Source of the DNA: Mobula hypostoma
Lineage: Eukaryota
DNA length: 64,000 bases
NCBI RefSeq assembly: GCF_963921235.1
Contig: NC_086097.1
Location: forward strand, 120,902,001-120,966,000
Direction: 5' to 3'
In this document: positions 12,141 to 24,585 of the stretch, piece after piece
How positions within the stretch are numbered: position 1 is the first letter of the stretch
How the letters are laid out: each line of letters starts with the position of its first letter
Translations under genes and position numbers: made by a program
Notes under the pieces: generated by a model
Databases searched by the model: none
What the model was told of the DNA's origin: nothing
What the model saw: the letters and a program-made list of their open reading frames with translations, nothing else

Positions 12141-12649
12141 TTTGTCAAAGAGAAGAGTCCATTGTCACAGTGATCAAGGACTGGATATCCAGGATTTAGG
12201 TCATTAACAGGTGAAGGTAAGGGCTCCAAAACTGGGCCATGGCAATGTCACACAAGTGACTAGAATCTGAGCAAAGAAGACATCTGGTAGCATTGGGGTT
12301 TTGGTGCTTGAGTTTATTGGTTGTGGGTTGAAGCTGAGGGAAAATATAAAGGCAGAGAAGGAGAGACTAGGTAGAGATTTTAACTAAAATATGAAATATA
12401 TAATTTTGAACTCAGCCCTTCCTGGGTCAGGAACTCAGGGACCATACCAGTGATATTTGAGCTTCGCGTGTGATGGGTTTCAGGATGGATAATATTTTTA
12501 CTATGCTAACTTTGGAGATAGATAGATCTGAATAACATTCAAGCAAACACTTAAAGGTTGTCATTTTAGTAAAATATCCAAATAAATTCAGAGTCCTTCC
12601 CTTTTTATACAAGTTCAATGTAATGATACATTATTAGATTATAAAGATT

Positions 12650-12895
12650 AAAGAGTAGTTTTATTTGTCATGTGAACATCAAAATGTACAGTGAAATGCA
12701 TCATTTGTATCTAATCAAATCAATGAGGGCTCTGTTGGCAGCCTACAAAGTGGCACCAGGCTTCCATCACCAATATAGCATGCCCACAACTCACTAACCA
12801 TAACTGTACATCTTTGCAATGTGGGAGGAGAGCTGAGCAACTGGAGAAACCCACACGATCACAGAGAGAACAAACAAACTCCTTACAGACAGTGG
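12650..12895 (-). mobile_element. V-SINE (HE1-like) fragment
   Basis: Reverse V-domain tgtgggaggagagctgagcaactggagaaacccacacg...caaactccttacagacag. Confidence 0.75.
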
Positions 12896-13164
12896 CATCT
12901 GCTCCACCATTCCATCTTGACTGATTTAGTATCCCTCTCAAATCCATTCTTTTGCCTTCCGCTCGAATCCTTCTACGTTCTAACTAATCGAGAATGTGTC
13001 AACATCTGCTTTAAATATGCCCAATGATTTGTCCTCCACAGCCATCCGTGGCAATGAATTCCACAGACTCACCACCCTCTGGCTGAAGAAATTCCTCCCC
13101 ATCTCTGTTCTAAAGGAATGTCTTCAACTCTGAGGCTGTGCCCTCTAGTCCTAGATATGACATG

Positions 13165-13300
13165 ATCAGTCCTGATGACGGGTCTAGGCCCAAAACGTTT
13201 ACTGTTTATCCCTCTCCATGGATGCCGCCTGACCTGCTGAGTTCCTCCAGCATCTTGTGTGTGCTGCTCTGGATTTCCAGCATCTGCTGACTTCCTCAGG
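13165..13300 (+). mobile_element. Penelope-type terminal repeat with degenerate hammerhead ribozyme motif
   Basis: cagtc-CTGATGA-cgggtctaggccc-AAAA-cgtt-tactg at 13167-13204, followed by the family tail gacctgctgagttcctccagcat...gtgtgtg. Confidence 0.7.
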
Positions 13301-14907
13301 TTTATTACCTGAGGTCATCATGCTTATTCCAGTTTTGCACTGAAGTTCCACTTACCATCTGACAGATCTACTCTCTGCTTTTATTATGAATATGATGTGT
13401 GTGAGATCTTTTGTTATGAATTCCCACTTGTATTTTTGACAAGATCTTAGAAAAATATCAAACTATCTCTGCTCTATTAAAGAACCAGTGACACTGTTGT
13501 GATCCAAATAGTAACCTTAGTCTTATGGCACCAAATAATGCTGTTTGGTTTCCTATCGAGATTGTGAAATAGCTTGTAATAATTGTAACAAAGGTGATAA
13601 CATTCAAACTATGTTGGAACTTAATGTAAAATGAAGACACAACATGCTATAGTTGGAAGTAAAATAAAAAGTAAAAAAAAACACACAAGGGATTATCCTA
13701 CTGGTTTAACCTGCCATTTTCATTTTTATATACATGTGTTTTCAAAGGCCCAGGGAGTATGAAATGTCTACCACATATACCAAAGACAATCTTACTTCCC
13801 CCCCACATACATTATAATTTTATGACTTGTATTGGATTTGTCTGTTTCTGAATATGATGAGCTACATTATTAAAACGAGAGGTTCACAATGAACAGAAGT
13901 GATTGCGCTATAAAAAGACACAACTCCCAGACTTCTAACAGGACCTAAAGAGTTGTAGCATGAATAGTTAATAATTTATAGGGCGCATATCTCTGTACTG
14001 TTCTGTAAAGTATGTACATGCATCATTACAATTGGCAGATCTATTGCATTTATTTAAAAGATAGCTGAAACCTAATTATATAATGAATAATTTCAGTCAT
14101 ATCTAACTACCTCTGGGCGACATTTTACTCAGTTTGAAAGACCTAGGCAAATGCATGTTTTACACTTTAATCCAAGTCCTTAGATATTCCTGCTTTTCAA
14201 GTGTTTATCTTTTCCCTTTCAAATAAAGTTCTATTTTTTAACTTAATTGCCTCCTGTGGCAAAACACATTCTGATCCAATGGTACTTGATTCAACAACCT
14301 TTTTTTTATTTTGAAAGGTTTACTCAGCCCCAGTGTTTAACGGATTAATAGAGTGCTACATTTAGCTCTGAAAAATGTCGGGCCTACACAGCCATTTTTC
14401 CCCATCTCCCTCAACCTCCCATGCCTGTTATCCTCTCTAACCAAACTCCCGACTACCCTCTGCTCAGGAGTTAAAGCCCTGTCCTCAAAGCCTTAAACTA
14501 AAAAAAAATTAAGTCCTATCTGATACAGATATGTATGGGTACCCTCACTATAGGGAGGTTATACTGTGGACGCCCACTCTTCAGGGGCTTTGTAGTAAGG
14601 TTTAGCTGTCATTAACCACGAAGTGGTGAGTTTCTCCACCCTACCAATGAGGAGATACTTCCAGCTAACAAAGTAGTTTAAACACAGTTTATTTTATTTT
14701 TAAAGATACACATTAAAATTTAGACAAATAATTCTGAACACAAAATGTAACACTCACAGATTAATGATTTATTAAAGGTTTCTGAATTACAAAATACAGG
14801 TACAATTGTTATGAACTAAAAGAACACACCAATGATTGCAGATGAACGAGTCATCTGTCATAGAAACCAAATTCTAGTGCTTCTTTCTGTCACCCCGTGT
14901 TCTGTCA

Positions 14908-17300
14908 ATCATGAATGGAAAAATGGCACAAATGTGGCTAACGAGAGAGGTTAAGGCAAAAATAAAAGCAAAAGAAACGGCGTACAAGGAAGCAAAAATT
15001 AGTGGGAAAAATGAAGACTGGAAGACCTTTAAAAACTTACAGAAAGAAACTAAGAAAGTCATTAGGAAAGAAAAGATGAATTATGAAAGGAAGTTGGCGA
15101 TTAACATAAAAAAGGATACTAAGAGTTTTTTTAAATATATGAATAGTAAAAGAGTGACAAGGGTAGATATGGGACCGATTGAAAATGGTACTGGAGTAAT
15201 TATAATGGATAACAAAGAGATGGCGGAGGAACTGAATGAGTATTTTGCATCAGTCTTCACAGTGGAAGACATGAGCAATATACCTGATAGCCAGAGGTAT
15301 CAGGGAATAGAATTAGGTACAGTCAAGATAACTAGAGGGGGGATCTGATTGAAACGTATAAGATCCTAAAGGGATTGGACAGGCTAGATGCAGGAAGAGT
15401 GTTCCCGATGTTGGGGAAGTCCAGAACGAGGGGCCACAGTTTGAGGATAGAGGGGAAGCCTTTTAGGACCGAGATTAGGAAGAACTTCTTCACACAGAGA
15501 GTGGTGAATCTGTGGAATTCTCTGCCACAGGAAACTGTTGAGGCCAGTTCATTGGCTATATTTAAGAGGGAGTTAGATATGGCCCTTGTGGCTACGGGGG
15601 TCAGGGGGTATGGAGGGAAGGCTGGGGCGGGGTTCTGAGTTGGATGATCAGCCATGATCATAATAAATGGCGGTGCAGGCTCGAAGGGCCGAATGGCCTA
15701 CTCCTGAACCTATTTTCTATGTTTCTATGTTTCTATAAGTCTCCCGGCCCAGATGAGGTGCACCCAAGGGTTCTGAAGGAGGTGGCTTTGGAGATTGTGG
15801 AAGCATTGGAAATGATCTTTCAGGAATCAATAGACTCTGGCATGGTTCCGGAGGACTGGAAGGTCGCAAATGTAGTTCCGCTATCTAAGAAAGGAAGGAG
15901 GCAGCAAAAAGAAAATTAGTCTGACATCGATGGTTGGAAAGATATTGGAGTCAATCCTCAAGGACGAGGTTATGAAATACGTCGAGGTACATGACAAGAT
16001 AGGCCAAAGCCAGTATGGTTTCATGAAGGGAAGATCCTGCCTTACCAATTCATTGGAATTTTTTGAGGTAATCTCGAATAAGATTGACAAGGGAGAGGCT
16101 GTGGATGTTGTGTATTTGGGTTTTCAAAAGGCCTTCGATAAGGTACCGCATATGAGGCTGCTTAATAAGATGAGAGCCCATGGAATTATAGGAAAGATAT
16201 TGGAATGGGTGGAGCATTGGCTGATAGGCAGAAAGCAAAGGGTGGGAGTAAAGGGATCCTATTCTGATTGGTTGCCGGTTACTCGTGGTGTTCCGCAGGG
16301 GTCGGTGTTGGGGCCGCTTCTTTTTACGATGTATATCGATGATTTGGATGATGGATTAAATAGTTTTGTGGCCAAGTTTGCGGATGACACCAAGATAGGT
16401 GGAGGAGCAGGAAATGTTGAAGAAACGGAAAGGTTGCAGAGAGACTTAGTCAGTTTAGGAGAGTGGGCAAAGAAATGGCAGATGAGATACAACGTTGACA
16501 AATGTACATTTCGGAAGAAGAAATAATCGGGCAGATTATTATTTAGATGGGGAGAAAATTCAAAAATTGGAAGTGCAAAGGGACTTGGGGGTCCTCGTGC
16601 AGGATACCCTAAAGGTTAACCACCAGGTTGGATTGGCAGTAAGGAAAGCGAATGCTATGTTGGCATTCATTTCAAGAGGAATAGTGTAAGGAGGTGTTGA
16701 TGAGGCTCTATGGGGCATTAGTGAGACCTCATTTGGAATACTGTGCGCAGTTTTGGGCCCCCTATCTTAGAAAGGATATACTGATGTTGGAGAGAGTTCA
16801 GAGAAGATTTACGAGGATGATTCCTGGAATGCAGGGGCTAACATATGAGGAGTGTTTGTCGGCTCTTGGACTGTATTCATTAGATTATAGAAGAATGAGA
16901 GGGGATCTCATAGAAATGTTTCGAATGTTGGAAGGGTTGGACAGTGTAGATGTGGAAAGGCTGTTTCCCTTGGTGGGTGAGTCCAGGACAAGAGGCCATA
17001 GTCTTAGAATTAGAGGGTACCCAGTTAAAACAGAGATGAGGAGAAATTTTTTTAGCCAGAGGGTCGTGGATTTGTGGAATTCGTTGCCACATATGGCTGT
17101 GGAGGCCCAATCATTGAGGGTGTTTAAGGAGGAGATTGACAGGCATCTAATTAGTCAGGGTATCAAGGGATATGGGGAAAAAGCCGGAAATTGGAACTAG
17201 ATGGGTGAATAGTTTAGCTCATGGGGGAGCTGCGGAGCAGACTTGATGGGCCAAATGGCCTACTTCTGCTCCTTTGTCTTGTGATCTTGTGATCTTGTGA
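14908..17300 (+). mobile_element. CR1 LINE, 5'-truncated, same subfamily as 636-3097
   Basis: RT motifs FQKAFDKVPH, GVPQGSVLGPLLF and KFADDTK; (TCTTGTGA)n tail at 17277-17300. Confidence 0.95.
15335..15735 (+). mobile_element. Nested CR1 3' fragment of another subfamily
   Basis: DRLDAGRVFPMLGKSRTRGHSL peptide and a (TTTCTATG)n tail; the host resumes at aagtctcccggccc. Confidence 0.9.
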
Positions 17301-17599
17301 CTCTCTTTGTCATTCCTAACAATCCCCAATGATTCCTAATATTTATACTGTTTTTTTTTCTAGATGGCATCATCTGCACGTGGTGTTTTCCAGATACCTT
17401 TGAGTGATTATAAAGTGGATTCTTGGGGCTATCAGGTGAAGGTGAAAGATGTAGAGCTATCATTTGGCCTCAGTGGGACAGAAGTTCTCAATGATTAATT
17501 TTTTGCCAATGGCCCTCCCAACATTTTGCCTCCCCACCATTCGTAAGGGTGTGATAATACCTTGATTCTATATAAATATCCATTACAGCTGATTTCCAC

Positions 17600-18175
17600 C
17601 ATTCAGCCACAAGAAAACAGCATCTATCATCAATGACCCCCCTATCCAGGTCATGATCTCTTCTCACTGCTGCCATTGGGAATGAGGTACATGAGCCTTA
17701 GATCCCTCACCACCAGGTTCAGTAACAATTATTACACTACAACCATCAGGTTCCTGAACCAGCATGGATAACCTTACTCACTTCAACACTGAACTGATTC
17801 CACAAGCCATCGGCTCACTTTTAAGGTTTCTGCAGTGGATTAGTGGTTTCGATGTCCGTTCAGAATTCTGATGGCAGAGTGGAAGGAGCAGTTTCTGAAT
17901 TATTGAGAGTGTGCCTCAGGCTCCTGTACCTCCTTCCTGGTGATAGCAATGTGTGTGATGGAGGTCCTTAATGATAGATGTTGCCTTTTTGAAGCATCGC
18001 TCCTTGAAGATGTCTTAAATCCTGGTGAGACTAGTGCCCATGATAGAGCTGACTGAGTTCACAACTTTCTGCAGCTTTTTTCAATCCTGTGCAGTGACCC
18101 CCTTTCCCCCTCATACAAGACGGAGATGAAGCCAGTTAGAATGCTCTCCATGGTACATCTGTAGAAAATTGCAAG
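17600..18175. mobile_element. Two Rex1/Babar-like LINE 3' fragments in opposite orientation
   Basis: 17600-17830 (+) and 17850-18175 (-) match the repeats at 23800-24060 and 50260-50600. Confidence 0.65.
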
Positions 18176-19104
18176 AACACATGCTTCTTCAAACTGCCTG
18201 CCTTGCAAAAGTAAAAAAAAACTGACTTGGCAAAACATCCCACAGTTTTCAACTAGACTGTTTCCTTGGGTTGAATTTAAATTAACAGTTAAAAACTAAT
18301 TAAAAGAACTAATCACTTCACCAATTGGGTTTTCCATCTGCTAGAATTGGTTTCCAAGAATCTACGGGACCTCATAAGCTAAGCAATTAGAAGTTTCAAG
18401 CACGATTTCAATATAAACATGTAATAATTTCAGTATAGCAAGTGTGCCTTTATATTTAAATAAATAATTCAGGAGCAAAAACAAACTTGATTTTTCATTT
18501 TGCAATATATGTTTGTAAAGCAGAATCATTATTGCCTAAATAATAAACTGTGAAAAATAAACTATCTGCAACATACAGAAAGTGCTTTGAATGAGGTGCA
18601 GTTATTATTGAGTTGTTAGATTATATAGAATTTTTATTTTAGTTGTTTATGGATGAAGCTAAGTAAATTTAACATCACTCCAGTGAAGTGTTCTAATGAG
18701 TTTCAGTACTTTTGTGTAATCTAATGCTGCTTTTAATGGGAACTGTCTGTTTATCATGTTTGCAGTGTGAAAATAAAACCTTTATTATTATTTCACATCA
18801 GTACTCTGTTTACAAGATGAATCTCCCTGTGTTTGATTTTGCTCTTTGTGCATTACATCACTACAGTTTTTTTCCAGATGACCTATCAAGGATAACAGTA
18901 AAGGAGTCACATGCAAAGTGAATTACATGATGATATAAGCAGTACAATAGAAAGTTCAGGTATCTTGGTAACATAATACATGTATAGATAGTGGAAGTTC
19001 TCAGATGAATAAAAGGCCCCATATTTAAAAGAGTAATATTGAGGATAACATTTTCTTCCTTGCTTTTCTAGGGGCTGACAGCATGAAAATGATACACGTC
19101 ATAA

Positions 19105-20180
19105 GCACAGGAGATTGTGCAGATGGTGGAATTCCAGATCAACACACACAAAATGCTGCAGGAACTCAGCAGAAGGTCAAGCAGCATCTCTGGGAATGAA
19201 TAAACAGTCAACGTTTTGGGATGAGACCCTTCATCAGGGCTGGAAAGATAGGGGGAAGGTACAACAATAAGATGTTTTTGGAGGGGGGGAGTTAGAGGAA
19301 GGAGTACAAGCTAGAAGGTAACAGATGAAGCCAGGTTACTGGGGAAGGGAGTATGGTGAAGATAAACTGAGAACCCGGGATGTGATAGGTGGAAAAGGTG
19401 AAGAGCTGAAGAATAAACACGAGATATTCTGCTGATGCTGGAAGTCCAGATCAACACACACAAAATGCTGGAGGAACCCAGCAGGTCAGGCGACATCTAT
19501 GGAAATGAATAAACAGTCAACATTTCGGGCCGAGACCCTTCAAAAGGAATGGGGGAGATACCAGAATAAAAATGTGGGGAGAGAGGAAGAAGGATAGCTG
19601 GAAGGTAATAGGCGAAGCCAGGTGGGTTAAAGAGATAAAGGGCTAGAGAAAAATAAATCTTTTAAGCAAAGAAACTTTACCATAGGAGAAGGGGATGGAG
19701 GAAGGGACCCAGGGGGAGGTGGTAGGCAGGTGAGAAGAGGTAAGAGACAGAGCGGGGATAGAAGAAGGGAGGGGGAGGAAAACATAGTCATGCCATCAAC
19801 AGCAACACATACAAAATGGTGAAGGAACTCAGCATGCCAGGCAGTATCAATGAAAAAGTGTACACAGTCAACATTTCTGACAGAAAGAAAGAGAAGAAGT
19901 CAGAGTAAGAAGGTAGGAGGAAGGGGATCAAAAAGTACAAGGTGGTAGGTGACATGTGAAACCGGGAGAGGGGGAGGGGAGAAGTGAAGAGCTGGGAAGT
20001 TGATTGATGAAAGAGATAAAGAGCTGGAGAAGGGGGAATCCGATAGGAGAGGCAAGTGGACAATGGGAAAAAGGGAAGGGACACGGGGAAAAGTTGATAG
20101 GTGGGTGAGGAGAGAAGAGGAAAGGGGGAGCCAGAGTGGGGAATGATAAAGAGAGAAGGGGGAAGGGGAAAATTATCTGA
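19105..20180 (-). mobile_element. Tandem array of three Penelope-type terminal-repeat units (~310-350 bp period) with hammerhead remnants
   Basis: Three copies of acacacaaaatgctg..ggaactcagca...aaacagtcaac followed by a purine-rich stretch; anchors at 19205, 19514 and 19865. Confidence 0.75.
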
Positions 20181-20584
20181 AGTTGTAACTAAAATGACAG
20201 CGCAGTTTGGAATCATATCAACTTACAAAAGCTAACTTCAATTGGTTTTAGATAATCATTGTATTTTGTTTCAGAATCATTTGCTTGTATTCTTGACATC
20301 TGTTGGTAAATGTTGACTTACTTTTCCAATATGTTTAATTCGTACTTTTTACTCTTTGAGTTTCTCCTACTTGATGGAATCTGAAAAGTGCCCAAAAGAA
20401 AACATTTCTAAATTTATTTTCAGTTTCTATGAATATGGACAAACACCAGGATTTAGTGCCCATCCTTAATTGTTCTTGAGATGGTAATAACGAGCTGCCT
20501 TCTTGAATTCTGTAGCTCCTTGTGTGAAAGAAGTCTCCCAAAGTTCTGTTTGGTAGGGAGTTGAGGAAGATTTAGACAAAGCAA

Positions 20585-21315
20585 CAGAATGTGGTAGAAC
20601 AGAGGGACCAGGGACAGCAGATCCATAATTCCTTGAAAATGGTGTCACAGGTGAATAGAGTTGTAAAGAGAGCTTTTAGCATATTGGTCTTCATAAATCA
20701 AAGCATTGAGTGCAGGAGTTGGGATATTCAAGATGTATAAAACATGGCTGAAGCTTAATTAGGTGCATTAAGTGCAGTTCTGATCACCTACCTACCGGAA
20801 AGTTATCAATGAGATTGAAAGTGTGCAAGGAAAATTTACAAGAATATTGCTGGGGCTTGAAGACCTAAGTTATAGGGAAAGGTTGAATAAGTTAAGACTT
20901 TATTCCCTGGAGCAAAGGAGAATGAGAGGAGATTTAATAAAGGTATACAAAATTATCAGGGGAAGAGATAGCGTAAATGCAAGCAGGCTTTTTCTACTGA
21001 GGTTGTATGAGACTAGAACTAGAGGTCATGGCTGAAGTGTGAAAAGATAACATGTTTAAGGGGAGCCTGAGGGGGAAATACTTCACTCAGAATGCGGTGT
21101 GAGTGTGAAACGAGCAGCCAGCAGAAGTGGTGGATCCAGGTTTGTTGTCAAAATTTAAGAGAGGTTTGGATTGGTACATGAATGGAAGGGGTATGGAGGG
21201 CTATGGTTCAGTTTGCGTGTCGATGAGGTTATGCAAAATTTTAGTTTAGCACAGACTAGATGGGCCAAAGGGCCTTCTTCTCTGCTGTAGTGCTCTTTAA
21301 CTTTATGATTCTATA
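20585..21315 (+). mobile_element. CR1 3' fragment
   Basis: QGKFTRILLGLEDLSYRERLNKLRLYSLEQRRMRGDLI...TRTRGHG. Confidence 0.9.
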
Positions 21316-21762
21316 ACAGTGACAGTCACTAATGTATGTCTAAATCATGATAGTAGCTAATTTCTAGAATAACCTGAGATAATGATCTTCCCATTGCAAC
21401 GGCATTTGTTCTTAGTGATCAAGGTCTCAAATTTTGGGGGTATGCTGTTCAATAACCCAGCCAAGCCAAATGCAGTGTATGTTGTAGATGCTTTATAGTG
21501 AAGCTACTGAACTGCATTTATACAGATTAAAATTAAAGACCTTACATACTAATTAGGCCTGTATTATGTATATTACATACTTAATATGTGGGACAGAATG
21601 GTAGTGTAGTGGTTAAAGGTTTAAAAAAAAGGGTTCAGTGGTCTATTTATTATCAAAGTAGGTATGCAGTATACATTTCAGAGATTCTTCTTTTCCAGAT
21701 AGCCAGGAAACAAAGAAAACAATGGAAGTACAAGGAAAAACATCAACAACCAACCCGCTCCA

Positions 21763-21763
<1 letters not shown>

Positions 21764-21800
<37 letters not shown>
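21764..21800. repeat. (CA)n microsatellite
   Basis: Direct reading. Confidence 0.98.
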
Positions 21801-21805
<5 letters not shown>

Positions 21806-22104
21806 CACACAAATTGCCCCAGTGCCTCAAACCCTCCCTACAGAAAGACAAATCAGGCAAACTGCAAGAACATCAAACATCAGATCCCAAGCCAAATCAC
21901 ACCAATTTTAAATTGCACAATGCAGCAAGATCAACAAAACCCGCCTCCACCCCTAACACCAACAGAAAAACAAGTCGGACTAACCGTGAGAACACAAAAT
22001 GCCAATCTCCCCTGTGTGAAAAAATCTTACAGATCACACTAAATTAAATCACTCAGTAGGCAATTAGAGCATCAACCCTCCTCCGCAAATACACCCAGAA
22101 AAAC

Positions 22105-22390
22105 TCTACAGCGACAACTGTAAGGTCAGGGTTCAATTCTCACCGCTGTCTGTAAGTGGGTTGGGCATTCTCCCCATGACCACTGGGATTTCCTGTGGGT
22201 GCTCTGGTTTGCTCCCAAATCCAAAGACATACGGGTTAGAGTTAGTGAGCGGTGGGAATTCTATGTTGGTATCAGAAGCCTGGGGACTCTTGGGATCAGC
22301 TCTGCACAATCCCTGCAGATTTGATTTGATGCAAACAGCACATTTCACTGTATGTTTCAATCTACATGTGACAAATAAAGCTAATCTTAC
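22105..22390 (+). mobile_element. V-SINE; its head at ~21590-21615 is separated by a ~500-bp insertion
   Basis: ggttcaattctcaccgctgtctgtaag...ggatttcctgtgggtgctctggtttgctccc, with tail gtgacaaataaagctaatctt. Confidence 0.75.
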
Positions 22391-22789
22391 AAAGAGTCAG
22401 AATTTGAGATGCAGTCCGTAACTGTGGTGTCATCTGCAACCTTGCACCTGGCATTAGAGCAGAATCTGACTAGACAGTAATGAGCGTACAGTGAGTGAAA
22501 TGTGCATCATGGTGGAGCAACTAGATGTACGTGGTGGGTGTGTGGTTTGCTACTAAGTTTATGAAAATGCAGAGGACTATAGAGATCAGCTGAGTGAATA
22601 GGCAACAACATAGTTGGTGTGTATATAGAAAATAGAACAGCACAATACAGTACAGATCCTTTGGTCCATGATATTGTGCCAAACAATATCAACTTACTCA
22701 ATGATCAATTTAAAACTTCTCTTCTACATAGTCCATAACCCTCCATTTTTTTCTTGCACATATGTCCTTTAAATGTCCCTATTAACTAC

Positions 22790-24245
22790 AGGAGGAAAAG
22801 TCCTGAGGTCCGTCAGCCAGTCCTCATTAGTGGATTGGGGGTGGAAAGGGTCAGTAACTTTAAATTCCTTAACATTATCATAGCAGAAGACAAGTCCTAA
22901 GGTCATCATGTAAGTGACATCATAAAGAAGGTGTGGGCCAGGAACAACAACTATCTACAAATTAGCAAACAGGAAGGAGGCAAGAGCAGTGTAAATCGAC
23001 AAAGGAAATCTTTGTTATTACTATGGGGTTGCAGGAATGTAGGTGGCCACGTTGCGAGATTCTTCTTGCAGCAGTTATTTTGTGATCTGTTTAGTGAACT
23101 CGTTCTTCCTCGGGGTTAACTTAATCAGAGCAACTGAATATGGACGCAGTGAGTTTTCTGCTGATGATCTGCTAAAACTGATACTGTTTTCAGATAAGAA
23201 CACAGGTTTGGGAGAAAGGACTGTAAAGTAATACGACTTGTAGCCTTGGGCCAGAGCCAATGAAAAGCTGACACAGGTCAGTCAGATGAGCTTCAGCCAA
23301 TGAAATTGAAAGATTTCACTAATCAGCAGATTGGTCTGGTAAGGAATAGGATAAGATTGAAAGATTTCGTGGGCACAGACAGTGACAACTCTGTGGAGAC
23401 CCAACCATCGCAGCAGCGGATGACCCCAAGTCTGAAACCTGGAATTAAATCAGGATCAAGAGGAACACCTGACTAGGATAGACTGATTTTCCTCTCTTTG
23501 ACTGGTCATAGAGGGCCAGGGAAGCCTAGTGGGTGTGCACACAGGTACTTGGTTTTGTAAATTCAAGTGTTTGTTAGTTAAGCTGATAAAGGTACTTGTC
23601 AGTAAATAGAAATTCTATCTGTGTCCAACTGATCAATATTATTGAGAGAAAATATTTCTAATAAAGGAATGACAGTCCCACTACTTTCTTCAAACACTGC
23701 ATAGATGCAGTACGTCATCTAAAAACTTGTCAGAGCCTGATGTGGAAACAGCAATGCCCATGAATGGAGAAGTCTAGAGGAAGTGATGGACACAGCAGTC
23801 CATCACAAGAAAATCCCTCCCCACCACTGAGCACATCTACAAGGAGCACTGCCACAAGAAAGCAGCATCCATCAGCAAGTTCCCCCACCATCCAGGCATG
23901 CCCTCTTCTCACTACTACCATCAGGCAGGGGGTACAGGATCCTTGGGTGCCACACAAACAAGTTAAATAATAGTTATTACCCTTCTACCACCAGGCTCCT
24001 GAACCAGCGTGGATAATTTCACTTACCTCAACACTGGATTGATTCCAAAACCTGCAGACTCACTTTCAAAAACTCTACAACTCATATTTTTTATTTACAC
24101 AATTTATCTTCTTTTACATATTGATTACTTACCAGTCTTTGTTTATCTATAGTTCTCCATAAAATCCATTGTATTCTTTATTTTCCTTTAAATGCTTGCA
24201 AGAAAATGAATCTCAAGATCGTATACAGTGAAATATATACACTTT
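22790..24245 (+). mobile_element. Rex1/Babar-like LINE 3' fragment hosting a solo LTR
   Basis: gggtcagtaactttaaattcct...cataaagaagg|insert|aatgacagtcccactacttt is collinear with the 59870-60880 copy. Confidence 0.7.
22932..23663 (+). mobile_element. Solo LTR-like element (732 bp), probably ERV-type, 4-bp TSD AAGG
   Basis: AAGG at 22928-22931 and 23664-23667. Starts TGTG and ends ...AATA (CA apparently mutated). CCAAT at 23257 and 23297; duplicated attgaaagatttc at 23305 and 23356. Confidence 0.7.
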
Positions 24246-24384
24246 GATACCTCAGGTACACTGAATATCTCTGTTATAAGCTTACTAAATTATAAGTCAG
24301 TATCTTGCTGCGCCCAGCTTATCTGAGATTAGCGTTTTTAATCCAAATTCCTGCATTATTTCCCTTTCTAATTATAATCACTGT

Positions 24385-24585
24385 ATACTCAGTAGGCACT
24401 TTATGAGATACACCTGCACACCTGCTTGTGATTGCAAGCATCTAATCAGCCAAACATGTGGCAGCATCTCAACACATAAAATCATGCAACGATAGTCAAG
24501 ATGTTCTACTGTTGAACCTTGAAGCGGATGGGCTACAGCAGTGGAAGAGCATGAGCATACATTCAGTGTGTCAGTTAATTAGGTG
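24385..24585 (+). mobile_element. Internally deleted copy of the Tc1-derived MITE
   Basis: Degenerate TIR tactcagtaggcactttatgag and the family 5' segment are joined directly to the 3' segment aaccttgaagcggatgggctacagcag. Confidence 0.75.

Larger units (their letters stand above)
14475..17405 (-). mobile_element. Degraded LTR-like element related to 32483-33547, split by the CR1 at 14908-17300
   Basis: Shares gggaggttatactgt and gctaacaaagtagttt(a)aaacacag with the 32.5-kb LTR, and after the CR1 shares tatact...gtggt..tt.cagataccttt. Confidence 0.65.

Noticed and set aside
18878..18959. Internal coding exon (tttttttccag...CAG|GTATCT)
   Set aside because: Stops occur in all three frames and the donor is weak; a non-coding exon is not excluded but is unsupported.
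19788..20216. 142-aa Pro/Leu/Ser-rich ORF
   Set aside because: It is a low-complexity translation of the pyrimidine-rich strand of the Penelope-type repeat.
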